In this document: positions 1-15,483 of the stretch, one piece after another
How the letters are laid out: the number at the start of each line of letters is the position of its first letter
Numbering within the stretch: the first letter of the stretch is position 1
Assembly (NCBI RefSeq): GCF_009914755.1
Contig: NC_060936.1
From: the human T2T-CHM13v2.0 reference genome, Homo sapiens
Length of the DNA stretch: 64,000 nt
Reading direction: 5' to 3' (one strand)
Translations under genes and position numbers: made by a program
Notes under the pieces: model-generated
The model's input: the letters and a program-made list of their open reading frames with translations, nothing else
Database searches by the model: none
What the model was told of the DNA's origin: nothing

Positions 1-32
1 CGTTTGTTACACGGCAATAGAAAACAAGTACA
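1..32 (+). mobile_element. 3' terminus of an MLT1 (MaLR) LTR, cut by the window edge
   Basis: tttgttacacggcaatagaaaacaagtaca resembles the MLT1 3' end. Confidence 0.6.
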
Positions 33-209
33 AGCCTTAAGCAACAACTCAGGGATAGTCTGGGAGCACAAGATGATTCTTAAGGAAGAATCGATGCAAT
101 TGCAGAATGCAATGATTTTTAAGACCCCCTACTGCTTTTGTACGTTCAATATCTCAGCTGACAATTTCTCCTAAGTTCATCAGCATTGAAGTAGAAAACA
201 GAAGTGGCA

Positions 210-1295
<1,086 letters not shown>

Positions 1296-2739
1296 AAAAC
1301 AGAAGTAGCAAAGATCTCATGGATGAAGGGATTTTTAAAAAATACATCTATTCTCCATGTTTTATTCCACCCTCCAGGTTTTTACTGTGAAAAGTTTCAA
1401 ACATATAGTAAGGTTGAAGAAATGAATCCCTGAATACCTCCTACCCACATTCGACAGTTGTTAATATTTTGCAACATTTGCTTGAATGCTCTCTCATTTT
1501 CTGCCAATGCCCGCCCATACGCAGGGAGTTTGGTTTTTTTTTTTTTTCCTTCAGTGAATCATGTTTGTTCGTCTTGCCCACACCATGAATATAAGTTTTT
1601 TAGTTTTTATTTTGCATTCCCCAAATTATCTAACAATAAACACTGCCATAAACACAGCAATAACCTCTGATAAACAAAAATGAAATGCTTCACTCATCTC
1701 CAGAAACACTACTCACTAGAGCAGCAGTCTTCAAACAGTCTGTAAGTAGCAGAACTCTTCCTTTGATTGGCATAGCATTCAGATGAGCTTCAGTTACCTA
1801 GAAAAACTAACAGTGGTAAGACTTCAATATAGAGAGCTTTGTGCACAGTGAGTGAATCGTAGCTGCTGCTGTTGAGTTGCAAATAAACCAGGTGTTACCA
1901 AAATAGTAAACAAGCAGCTTCAGCTTGGGTATAAGCAGCAGGACAAAAAGGCTTTTGGATTAGGGAAGTTATTTAATGCAGTAAAATTTATGTTTTAGGC
2001 TTATCATCAAGCACAGAGGCGACAGTGTTCATTGACTGGGAGTGGCTGCTTGGAGTGCTGGGTTGCTCTGATTGATTAGTGATGTCTGCCACGGTACAGG
2101 ATGTGCTCTATTCTGAGAGGCCATGTTTTCCCCATCTGATCTAGATTTATAAATACAGCATGAATGCAGAGATGAGGCCTGTCCAGTCCAAAATCAATTT
2201 TGATAAAGATGTCTAGGTTCCTCCTAAATGCTCTTTATCATGCCTGACTTTTTCTTCCTGGCATCACTTTGCTGCTCACTTAGGCAACCTCCCACCCACT
2301 CTTCTCCCACCACCCCTTTTTTTTATTACCAAGATGATAGAAACCACGGAAAGTTAACAGACAGAAAAACAGCTCATGGTACTATTGCAATCAAACTCTG
2401 ACACATTGGGTATAATGCCTAAAATTGAGAGGAGAAGAAACCTCATAAAGACTAAAACTCACCTTCCCTCCCCCTTTCAGCTTGAAATAATTTAGCATTT
2501 CCTGCTGGCTTTCTTTGAGGGGTGGCTTCCAGGTATAATTCCTCAAACAGGGAATATTTTTAAATGTATCCATATCACAACTTCAATCACTATGTTAAGT
2601 GAAGATTCAGCACTCTAGGCCAGCAACGATTTCTAGAAATATTTTGGCATTTCATTCGTAGCTCTCAGCCAAGTCATCTCTTGTCTCATATAAAAACTTT
2701 CTGATGAACCCACCATAGATAATCACAACGCATTGCACC

Positions 2740-2900
2740 TATATAACACATAATACGTTTGAAATGATTTTTACAAAAACTGTCTAATTTCATCTGACCT
2801 AGGTTACGAAGGATATATGATGATTCCCGTTTTACAGCTGAAAACACTAAGTGTCTGAAAAATAAAGTGAATGCTCTGAAATCACATAGAATGGAATAGC
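2740..2900 (-). mobile_element. MIR fragment
   Basis: degenerate MIR core cccgttttacagctgaaaacactaag. Confidence 0.55.
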
Positions 2901-2949
2901 ATGGCCCAGTATTTCTCCCAGAAATATTCTCTAAGGGTAAGGGAAAGAG

Positions 2950-3097
2950 CTTGGACCTTCTTACCAGCTGCATAAGAAATACAGGGAAGTTAGTTAGCAA
3001 ACCTCTCTGAGCCTCACTTTCCTCATCTGTAAAATAGTAAAAGTCATAGCTACCGCATAGCCTTAATATGAGAGAAAAAGGTATACAAAGTGCCTAC
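2950..3097 (+). mobile_element. MIR fragment
   Basis: MIR core ctctctgagcctcactttcctcatctgtaaaat. Confidence 0.75.
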
Positions 3098-3101
3098 CTC
3101 T

Positions 3102-3867
3102 TGCAGTAGGCTGAAAAATACCTCTCCAAAGATCTACTTCCAATTCCCAGAACTTGTGAATATTACCTTCTATGGGAAAGATGTGATGAAGGATTTTTTT
3201 TTTTGAGACTGCGTCTCACTCTGTCGCCCAGGCTGGATTGCAGCACCACGATCTCGGCTCACTGCAACCTCCGCCTCCCGGATTCAAATGATTCCCCTGC
3301 CTCAGCTTCCTGAATAGCTGGGATTACAGGCGTATGCCACCACGCCTGGCTAATTTTTGTATTTTTAGTAAAGACAGGGTTTCGCCATATTGGCCAAGCT
3401 GGTCTTGAACTCCTGGCCTCAAGTTATCTGCCCACCTTGGCCTGCCAGCGTGTTGGGATTACAGGCATGAGCCCTCACTCCCAGCCTGATTAAGGATCTT
3501 GAGATGAGAACATCATCTTGGATTATCTAGGCAGGCCCCCACATACAATCACATATATCTTTACAAGAGAAAAGCAGAGAGAGATTTGACACTCAGGCAT
3601 ACAGAGGAGAGGCTATGTGAAGATGAAGGCAGAGATCAGAATGATGTGGCCACAAGCCAAGGAACTCTAGCAGTCTCCAGAAGCCAGAAGAAGCCAGGAA
3701 TGGATTCTCCCCTGGAATTTCTGGAGGGAGTATGGCCCGGGCAGCACCTTGATTTCAGGCCAGTGAAACTGAGTTTGGCCTCCAGAATTATGAAAGAATA
3801 CATTTGTATTGTTTGAGGCCACCAGGTTTGTGGTAATTTCTTACAGCAGCCATAGAAAACGAATGCA
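3102..3867 (+). mobile_element. MLT1 (MLT1C/D-like) MaLR solo LTR, interrupted by an Alu
   Basis: typical MLT1 body (aaggatcttgagatg, ggccacaagccaagga, tttgtggtaatttcttacagcagccatagaaaac). Confidence 0.85.
3194..3486 (-). mobile_element. AluS
   Basis: full antisense Alu; degenerate TSD gatgaagga/gattaagga. Confidence 0.93.
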
Positions 3868-3914
3868 CCCCATGTCTGGCATTTGCTAAGTATCTAATAA
3901 TTGGTGATTGCTGG

Positions 3915-4098
3915 CTCCCCAACCTGTTTTGTAAATAAAGTTGTATTGAAACACAGCCATGCCCATTCACTTGCATATTGTTTGTGGTTGCTTTTACACT
4001 TCAGTAGCAGAGTTCAGTAGTCACGGCAAGACCATATGACCTGCAGCTCTAAAGTATTTAGTATCTGGCCCTATAAAGAGAACATTTGCCCACCCTGC
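3915..4098 (+). mobile_element. MER58A (hAT-Charlie MITE), 5' truncated
   Basis: gtaaataaagttgtattgaaacacagccatgcccattc...atctggccctataaagagaacatttgcccaccctg. Confidence 0.8.
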
Positions 4099-4151
4099 AA
4101 CAGATGCATCCAACAGTGAAAGTCATTTCTCATGTCTTTGCATATTATCTT

Positions 4152-4646
4152 TGTGTGGTGGTAGCTAATCTTCAAAGATGGCCCTGGGGAACCACACTTC
4201 CTGGTAGGTGCCCACACTCTTGTGTGCTCTTCTCGCTTGTTAATTCGGGCTTGGCCTATGTCACCAACAGCCTACTGTAGAAGTGATGCTGCATGACTTT
4301 TGAGCTAGTTCATAAGGAACCTTGCTCTCTCAGAATGCTTGTGGAAGAAGTCCATTGCCATGTGAGAGTCTAGCTGCCCTGAGACGGCCATGCTGTGAGG
4401 AAGCCCCAGCTAGACTAGGAAGGGTCCATGTGGAGAGAGAGATGCCAGCCAGCTCTGGCTGTTCCAATCATCCCAACTGAGACAGCAGACATTTGAGTGA
4501 ATAAACCATCCTTGAGCCTTTAGATGACTCTACTTCCAGCTGCTCCAGTCAACCCACAGAACCATAAAAAATTTTCTAATAATAAATTGCTTTAAGCCAT
4601 TAAGTTTTGGAACTGTTTGTTACATGGAAATAGATAATCAGAAAAC
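4152..4646 (+). mobile_element. MLT1 (MLT1G/H-like) solo LTR
   Basis: gccatgctgtgaggaagcccc; end tttaagccattaagttttgg...tttgttacatggaaatagataatcagaa. Confidence 0.75.
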
Positions 4647-4755
4647 CATACCATCTAGGCTTTTCCATGTACCTGTCCTATTCAATGATTTAACTACCAA
4701 ATCCTTAAGAAATAAGACCAAATCCTTTCTCATTTATAAGGAAACATCAATAAAC

Positions 4756-5130
<375 letters not shown>

Positions 5131-5544
5131 GCAACTACACTATGCAGACAGCCAGCAGCAGAAGCCACTGTTCAAGCAGGGTGCTCCTTTCAAGATTTCA
5201 ACAAATATTTGTGCCAAAACCCTTGCTGATGCTGGAGCTGGGGATAGGACTCGCAATCTAATCAGAGAGAAATGCTTCAGGCGGCAGCAACAGGGAGGCA
5301 GGAGGCACCGTGAGGACAGAGAGGAGGGATCCATTAATTAGAGGGGGAAGGGAAAGGCTGTGGTGGGGGAGGAGAGAAGAAGGAATTGGGAAGAGGGGTA
5401 AGTGGAACACAGTGAGAACCTGCAAGATGTGTTTGGAGAACACTGGTTCCTTCCATCCGGCTAAGGCAGGGAGATGTCGAGACAACAAGGCAGATCACAG
5501 TGGAAATTGATGCTAGGTCTGGGTCTCCTCCCTAACCTCCCCTG

Positions 5545-5669
5545 CCACCACACATACATGTGCGCACACACACACAACACGCACACCACACACCATATGC
5601 ACACTACACGGACATCCCACACATACACGTGCACACACAACACATATACATATGCACCAGACACACATA
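5545..5669. repeat. Degenerate (CA)n low-complexity tract
   Basis: interrupted cacaca/catata runs. Confidence 0.85.
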
Positions 5670-5748
5670 AGCCGCTTGTTTAACAGTAATTGAGTGTCTA
5701 TCAAATGGCAGGTACTCCAGGAGAGCACTGATGTAATATTACCTTCAG

Positions 5749-5880
5749 AGCTGGGCTCAGGGGCACGCACCTGTAGTTCCAGCTACTCCAGAGGCTGAGG
5801 CGGGAGGATCCCTTGAGTCCAGGATATTGAGGCTGCAGTGAACTGTGATCGCACACTGCACTCCAGCCTGGGCAACAGCC
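5749..5880 (+). mobile_element. FRAM / AluJ right monomer
   Basis: cctgtagttccagctactc...gaggctgcagtgaactgtgatcgcacactgcactccagcctgggcaac. Confidence 0.85.
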
Positions 5881-5882
5881 TA

Positions 5883-5885
<3 letters not shown>

Positions 5886-5930
<45 letters not shown>
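5886..5930. repeat. (GT)~22 microsatellite
   Basis: perfect dinucleotide run. Confidence 0.97.
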
Positions 5931-5933
<3 letters not shown>

Positions 5934-5975
5934 TTCATGTATTACCTTCAGGAGCTGCCTAGAAGTTCATACCCC

Positions 5976-6182
5976 TGTTACAGGAAAGGGATTCCAATCC
6001 AGACCCCAAGAGAGGGTTCATGGATCTCACACAAGAAAGAATTCAGACCAAGTCCATAGAGTAAAATGAAATCAAGTTTATTAGGAAAGTAAAGGAATAA
6101 AAGAATAGGCAGAGCAGCCCCCAGGGCAGCTGGTTGCCCATTTTTATGGTTATTTCTTGATGATATGCTAAACAAGGGTGGG
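5976..6182 (-). mobile_element. ERV1 LTR 3' end (MER41-like), truncated
   Basis: tgttacaggaaagggattccaatccagaccccaagagagggttc... is the reverse complement of the MER41-type 3' terminus as I recall it. Confidence 0.75.
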
Positions 6183-6604
6183 TTTCCTTCCCTTCCCTCT
6201 TCCTTACCTCTTCCTTCCCTTTCCTTCCCTTCCCTCTTCCTTCCCTCCCCTTCCTGTCCTCCTTCCTTCCCACTTCCTTCCCTCCCCTGCCTGTCCTCCT
6301 TCCTTCCCTCTTCCTTCCCTCCCCTTCCTTTTCCCCTTCCTTCCCTCTTCCTTCCCTCTTCCTTCCCTTTCCTTCCCTTCCCTTCCTTTCCCCCTTTCCT
6401 TCCCCCTTCCCTTCCTTTTTCCCTTCCCTTCCCTCTTCCTTCCCTTCCCTTCCCCCTTCCCTTCCCCTTCTCTTCCCTTCCCTCTTCCCTTCTGTTCTCT
6501 CTTTCCTCCCTACTTCCCTTCCCTTCTCTCTTCCCTTCCCTTCCTTCTTCCCTTCCCTTCCTTCTTCCCTCTCCTCCCCTCCTCTCCCCTTCCTTTCCTT
6601 CTTT
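6183..6604. repeat. ~420-bp polypyrimidine (CTTCC/CCTT)n tract
   Basis: almost purine-free on the + strand. Confidence 0.97.
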
Positions 6605-7267
6605 TAAATGAACATAGTGGACAAAGAGGGAAACCCATATTTAAATAAGACATTTGCACCCAGCCGACTTTTTGACCTGTCCAGGAGCCTATTAAATTAG
6701 GAGATTTAAAATCCAACAGGCAGATCACTGCGTTCATCCACATGACAACAGAAGACGGAATGGGGACCGCAGGTGATGTTTATCACTTTCTTTGAAAGTG
6801 TCGGGGTAGAATTGGAGACCAATCACCTGGCTACATTTCTGCTGCTGCTTGTCAGCAACTCATGTAACCCATGGGAATGTACATCCCAATAATGTTCCCG
6901 ACTCCATGTGACTTCTGTGACATTATTGTTTCTTTTGATAGAAATAAGCCCTGCAAACTTCCCAAAGGAATACGTTTTTGATTCCTCCCTTTCTCCCTGT
7001 TTATCTCTCTGCATCTTCTACTTTCTTTTCTTCTTAGAATCTTCTAGGGCAGGCAGTCCTAGTTACATACGTATCTGCTGCCTCTCTGACCCACGGAGGA
7101 AGTCCCTCCCTTCCTCTCTCCCACACCCCTTCCTCCTTCATCCTCTGCCTGGAAAAATCTTCTGACTAACACAGATGTTCAAACTTGACATCTAAGCGGG
7201 AGTTGATGGGGTGGCAGGTGTCTAAGGCTGAGGCTATTTAAGAGTCAGTCTAAAAAGTAGAGTATTA

Positions 7268-7722
<455 letters not shown>

Positions 7723-8156
7723 CTATTGTTGAGGTTCCTGGGCTCTCCCATTGCCTGGGCCCTGGGTCCATCCCAGCCCCTGTGTTCTGTGAACCTCTGC
7801 CCCTACATCATACTCTCTGCAAGACAGCCTGGAGATGGGTTGGAAACATGAGACATGCTGTGCTGTGGAAGTCTCCCTAGCAAAGGTGATACTTCATGAC
7901 AGTCTCTAAGGACAAGCAAGAGGTAGCCAGGTGAAAGAGAGACAAAGAAAGCATTTCAAGCCAAGGACACACCTATGCAAAGACTCAGAAACTGTAAACA
8001 TATTTAATCAAATTCCAGAAACTACAGGTAGTTCTGTGAGGTCAGGCCCTAAGGAGGTTTAGTGTGGGGAGGGGAAAGGGTCTTACCATTGGAGCGAGGC
8101 TGAGAAGTTAGAACATTATGCTGAGGGCTACAGAAGCTCTTCAAAAGCTTATGAGA

Positions 8157-8315
8157 GGGCCAGGTGCAGTGGCTCAGGCCTGTAATCCCAGCACTTTGGA
8201 AGGTGGAGGTGGGAGGATGGCTTGAGGGCAGGAGTTCGAGGCTGAAGTGAGCTATGATCACGCCATTGCACTCCACCCTGAGGACAAGGCAAGACCCCAT
8301 CTCTAAAATAAATAA
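8157..8315 (+). mobile_element. Alu monomer (FRAM-like)
   Basis: single arm with A tail. Confidence 0.8.
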
Positions 8316-8329
8316 GCTTATGAGATATA

Positions 8330-9188
8330 GAAGTGTTCATAGCAGCATTATTCACAATAGCCAAAAGGTGCAAACAACCCAAACACCTATCAACAGATGA
8401 ATGGTGATATGGTTTGGATTTGTGTCCCAGCCCAAATCTTATGTTGAATTGTAATCCCCAATGTTGGAAGAGGGACCTGGGGGGAGGTGATTGGATTACG
8501 GGGGCGGATTTCCCTCTTGCTGTTCTCATGATAACAAGTGAGTTCTCACTGGTTGTTCAAAAGTGTGTAACACTTCCCTCTTCTCTGTCTTCCTCCTTCT
8601 CTGGCCATGTAAGACGTGCCTGCTTCCCCTTCACCTTCCACCATGACTGTAAGTTTCCTGAGTCCTCCTCAGCCATGTTACCTCTACCTCCTGAAGAACC
8701 GTAAGCCAGTTAAGCCTCTTTTCTTTATAAATTACCCAGTTTCAGGTAGTTCTTTATAGCAATGGAAGAACAAACTGATACAAATGGATAAACAGAATGT
8801 GGTCTATCCATACAACAGAATATTATTCAGCCTTAAAAAAGAATGAAGTTCTGATGCATGCCACAATATGGATGAGCCTCAAAACATGCTAAGTGTAAGA
8901 AGTCGGGCACAAAGATCATGTATTGTATAACTCAATTTATACAAAATGCCCAGAACAGGCAAATCAATAGAGACAGAACCCAGACCGGGGGCTGCCAGGG
9001 GGTGGGGGTGGGGGAATGAGGATGACTGCTTAATAGGTAGAGTATTTTTGGAGTATGAAAATGAAAGTGTTCTGGAACTAGATAAGGTGATGGTTGTACA
9101 ACATTGCAAATGTACTAAATATCACTGAATTGTATATGTTAAGATGGTTAGTTTTTTGTTATATGAATCTTGCCTCCATTTTTTAAAC
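8330..9188 (+). mobile_element. L1MB-like 3' end, interrupted by an MST LTR
   Basis: gttcatagcagcattattcacaatagccaaaaggtg; contiguous across the LTR (gatgaatgg|ataaac). Confidence 0.85.
8405..8782 (+). mobile_element. MSTA-like MaLR solo LTR
   Basis: tgatatggtttgg...aactgataca; 5-bp TSD aatgg at 8400-8404 and 8783-8787. Confidence 0.9.
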
Positions 9189-9496
9189 AGTATGAGAGGA
9201 ACAGTTTCTTGGTTTAGTAAATATCTATCGCATAATTTGAGGGATCTACATCACAGAGCAGACCTCAGAACCCAAGGCAGGTTTTTCATTCAGATGCAAC
9301 ATTCTCCCAATTCCTTAGCTGTCAAAAGGGTTGGGGGAGCTTCAAACTCCAGCTGACAACACCATAGCTTTCAAAGTGAAACCAAAGATGAGAGCTATGG
9401 AAAGTGGACAGAGTCCAGGCCATTTCCAAACAGTAATCTCTGCCTTCCTCTTGTTCCAGCCACAAAACAGAACTCACACTTAAAAATGTCAGTCTA

Positions 9497-9776
9497 GGCT
9501 GGACACAGTGGCTCATGCCTATAATCCCAGCACTTCAGGAGGATCACGTGAGCCTAGGAGTTCAAGACCAGCCTGGGCAATATAGCAAGACCTGGTCTCT
9601 ACGATAAAAAATAAAAACATTATCTGGGCATACTGGCGTGCACCTGTGGTCCCAGCTCTTCCGGCAGCTGAGGTGGGAGGATTGCTTTAGCACGAGAGGT
9701 AGAGGTTGCAGTCAGCCAAGATTGCACCAGCGTGGGTGACAGAGTGAGACCTCATCTCAAAAATAAAAATACAAAA
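9497..9776 (+). mobile_element. AluJ with internal deletions
   Basis: dimeric Alu, J-type residues. Confidence 0.88.
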
Positions 9777-9963
9777 AGTCATCATTTGAGCTGCCTGTGA
9801 ATGCCGGTAGCTTCCCCTCTAACTGGCTGCTTCCATGGTTTGGAAGTCCCAGGAGGAAGTACATCTTGTTCGGGAGAGCTTGGGGGTAATTGCCTGAATC
9901 CTTTCCCCAGTACTTCCTTCCACATAATGTTTTAAATTTCCTCCAGATGACTGCCACCCCTGG

Positions 9964-10316
9964 TGATATGGTTTGGCTGTGTCCCCACCCAAATCTCATC
10001 TTGAATTGTAGCTCCGACAATTCCCACATGTCGTGGGAGGGACCCAGTGGGAGGTAATTGAATCATAGGGGCAGGTCTTTCCGGTGCTGTTCTTGTGACA
10101 GTGAATAAGTCTCATGAGATCTGATGGTTTTATAAAGGGCAGTTCCCCTGCACAAATTCTTCTTGCCCACTGCCATGTAAGACATTCCTTGCTCTTCCAC
10201 CATGATTGTGAGGCCTTCCCAGCCATGTGGAACTGTGAGTCCTTTAAACCTCTTTCTTTATAAATTACCCAGTCTCGGGTATGTCTTTATTAGCAGCATG
10301 AGAACAGACAAATACA
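9964..10316 (+). mobile_element. THE1 (THE1C/D-like) solo LTR
   Basis: tgatatggtttggctgtgtccccacccaaatctcatcttgaattgtagctcc...aataca; 5-bp TSD cctgg at 9959-9963 and 10317-10321. Confidence 0.93.
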
Positions 10317-10678
10317 CCTGGTTTTTGGCCTTTCTTCTAAAACCACAATGTTATTTCTTCTAGCTCAAGGAGTTGTGGGGAGGGGCATGGGGGAATTGAG
10401 CAAGGGCTTTAGAAGCTATAGCGGACATTGAGGGTGAGGTTAACATGGCTGTGCAGGAAGGAGCAGTGTTTTGGTTCTTTGCACTCCCCAAGTGCTTGAG
10501 TCTTCATCATAAGCAGGGGCATGAATTTTTTCCCTTTGCATCAATGAGGCCACCCATGGATCCCAGATGTGCCGAGGCAAGAGCAGGGAAAAGCCAGGTC
10601 GCGCAATCTATTCACAGTGCCAATGGTCTCAGTGCAGAGCAGCCTTATGAGACGAGGGAAGTATTAAAAAGAAAACGA

Positions 10679-11283
<605 letters not shown>

Positions 11284-11319
11284 TTATGTTAAGAGTCACA
11301 ACTCCCTTAGGATAGTCCA

Positions 11320-11535
11320 CAGTGGTTCTCAATTGGGGTGATTTTGCTGCCCCAGGGGACACTTGGCAATGTCTGGGGACATTTTCATTATCACAATTGG
11401 GAAGGAGGGTGCTGTTGGCATCTATGAGACAGAGGGTGCAATGCTGCTCAGTATCCTACAGCGCACATGGCAGACCCCTGCAGCAAAGAATAATCCGACC
11501 CAGAATATTAATAGTGCCATGGTTGAGAAACCCAG
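11320..11535 (+). mobile_element. MER20 (hAT-Charlie MITE), full length
   Basis: cagtggttctcaa...ggcaatgtctggggacatttt...ggttgagaaacccag. Confidence 0.9.
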
Positions 11536-11907
11536 TTATACTGTGTTTACATTAAAAGACTAGTTCTACTTTGTATTTTGAACATACTGTTTTCAATCAA
11601 AAAAGAGAATTTTACATTTAAAGTCATTTAGATAGGACTCCAAATGTTTATTCATAGTAGTTCCTATTGATACAATTCCTAAAATAGAAAATTAAATAAC
11701 ATGGAGTCCCCAAAGCTTCCTCATCTTTTTCATTAATCTACAAATCTACAAACTAGGAATTTTTAGAGTATGTGCCTGAAATGTCCACAGAGGGGATGGC
11801 AGCTCTGTACAGGAGGTCTAACTGGAATTCTGGGACTCTGAGCTCTATTCCTGGGTGGATAAGGTGGTTTCGGTCCTCAGGTTGCACATAATGTGATAAA
11901 TTCTCTA

Positions 11908-12341
<434 letters not shown>

Positions 12342-12392
12342 TCAAGAGAACAAAATAGGGAAGAAAATTTCAGACAAAGGAAGAACTAAGGC

Positions 12393-12657
12393 GTTGTTAT
12401 GGGTTGAAGTGTATCCCCCCAAAAGATATGTTTAAAATCCTTATCCCCAGTACCTGAGATGATGATCTTATTTGGAAATAGTTTCATGCAGATACAATTA
12501 GCAAAGATGAGGTGATACTGGAGTAGGTGGGCCCTTAATCCAATATGGCTGGTGTCTTCATAAAAAGAGAGCACAGAGCCATGCAGGAAGGACGCCATGT
12601 ACAGAGGGAGTCAAGAATGGCAGAGCTGCAGCTGCACAACAAGAATGCCAAGGTTTG
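12393..12657 (+). mobile_element. MLT1B/C-like LTR, 5' half only
   Basis: tgttatgggttgaagtgtatccccccaaaagatatg...ttatttggaaatag. Confidence 0.8.
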
Positions 12658-12793
12658 GGCCAGGTACGGTGGCTCACGCCTGTAATCCCAGAAGTTTGGG
12701 AGGCAAAATGGGAGGATCATTTGAGGTCAGCAAGATCACTTGAGGTCAGGAGTCTGAGACCAGCCTGGCCAACATGGTGAAACCATGTCTATA
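12658..12793 (+). mobile_element. Alu left arm, truncated, with an internal tandem duplication
   Basis: gatcatttgaggtcagcaa-gatcacttgaggtcagga. Confidence 0.85.
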
Positions 12794-12794
12794 C

Positions 12795-12848
12795 GACACA
12801 TGGGAATTCAAGATGCTACTTGGGTGGGGACACAGCTAAACCACACCA
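12795..12848 (-). mobile_element. THE1/MST LTR 5' terminal fragment
   Basis: aattcaagatgctacttgggtggggacacagctaaaccacacca, the reverse of the THE1 start. Confidence 0.7.
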
Positions 12849-13029
12849 TATATTTTTTTTAATGGATAAAAGCTTGGAAAAGACAAATAAGACATATGGA
12901 TGGCCAATAAGCACATTTAAAAGTGTTCAACAATTGTCACCAAGGAAATGTAAATAATAACCACAATGAGATACCACCACACACCCATTAGAATGGCTAA
13001 AATTAAAAAGACTAACATGTATTGCCTAG

Positions 13030-13498
<469 letters not shown>

Positions 13499-13803
13499 TA
13501 GATATTTACCCAAGAAAAATGAAAACATATGTTCACATAAAGACTTATACACAAATGTTTATAACAGCTTTAGTCATGATATTCAAAACCTGGAAACAAC
13601 CCAAATGTCCATCAGTAAGTGAATGGATAAACAAATTGTAGAATACTACTCAACAGTAAAAGCGAACAAACTACTGACACACGAAACAACGCAGATGAAC
13701 CTTAAAAACCAGTGAAAGAAGGCAGACACAGGAATATATACTGTATGACTCCACTCTATGACATTTTAGAAAATACAAAACTAGAGTGACAGAGAGCAGA
13801 TCA

Positions 13804-14218
<415 letters not shown>

Positions 14219-15193
14219 CTATATCTTAATTGCAGTGATGGTTCCTTGAATGTATACACTTGTCAAAACATCAAATCAAACACTTAAAATGGATGCAGCT
14301 TATCCCACGTAAATTATATCTCAAAGCTGACTAGAAGAATAATGAAGGCAGGGGCAAAGTTTTTTATATTATTGGAGGTTTGGCTGGGTGGCGGCTTGAG
14401 TCTCTCTCCTTTTGAGCAGGTCATGTTATCCAGGTGTTCTGTTGACATGCAGCTAGGGAACAGGATTCCAAGTTTTCCTTTGCTGACTTATGTGTATGTC
14501 ATCCCAGCACTCAGTAAATGATGGCACTAAAAGGTTTGAGATCAATTCTCATCTTGTGTGCTCTGCGGCAGGAAACCCTGATTGTGATTCGAGACGTTCT
14601 CTCTCTGTTGGCCTCTCTTTCAAAACGCAGAGAGACTGAAACATTTGTCATTGGCCTGAAAGAGAGAGGCTGGTTTTGGTAAGCGCCAGCCTGAACCAAC
14701 AGCCAGTTAGCACAGTCTTTGATTGGGAAGGGTTGAGACACAGGGCTCCTCCTTGCCTATCTTCAAATGCGGAGAAGCTCTAGTGGGTTTGCCTGGACCC
14801 AGGGCAGGGAACCTGATGGATTCCCAGCCACCTAAGCTGAGCTCATAGGGCCAGAAGGAAACTTGAGAGCCACAGAGAGCTTCATCCCTCCTCTCATGTG
14901 ATCAGAACCATCTCCATCTGCATGAGGCAGGTGGAGATGATAGGGGAGGAGGACTCCTTGGGAAACCAACTGCCAGGTTGACAGTCAGCAACTGCCTGAG
15001 GTGTCAAAGGAGCAATGGCTAATCTAAAGCCAGAGATGTGGGACATCTGCAGTCAGTGTCAATGCCCTTGTCTCTCTGGGGCCCAGGAAGCAACTGCATG
15101 AAGGTGCAGATGACCCTGCTACCCTGGAACTGGTGACTGAAATAAGGGGCAAGTTGACCCAGTGAAGCAAAGGGATGGGGGAGACTGTGGAGA

Positions 15194-15483
15194 TTTTTTT
15201 TTTTTTTTTTGAGACAGAGTCTCCCTCTGTCACCCAGGCTGGAGTACAGTGGCATGATCTCAGCTCACCACAACCTCTGCCTCTCAGGTTCAAGTGATTC
15301 TCATGCCTCAGCCTCCCCAGTAGCTGGGATCACAGACATGTGCCACCAGGCCCAGCTAATATTTTTATTTTTAGTACAGACGGGATTTTGCCAGGCTGGT
15401 CTTGAACTCGTGACCTCAAGTAATCCGCTCTCCTCAGCCTCCCCAAATGCTGGGATTATAGGCATGAACCACTGCACCTGGCC
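15194..15483 (-). mobile_element. AluS
   Basis: antisense Alu. Confidence 0.92.

Noticed and set aside
6165-6648. 148- and 156-aa Pro/Ser/Phe/Leu-rich ORFs
   Set aside because: Open only because the polypyrimidine tract lacks stop codons.
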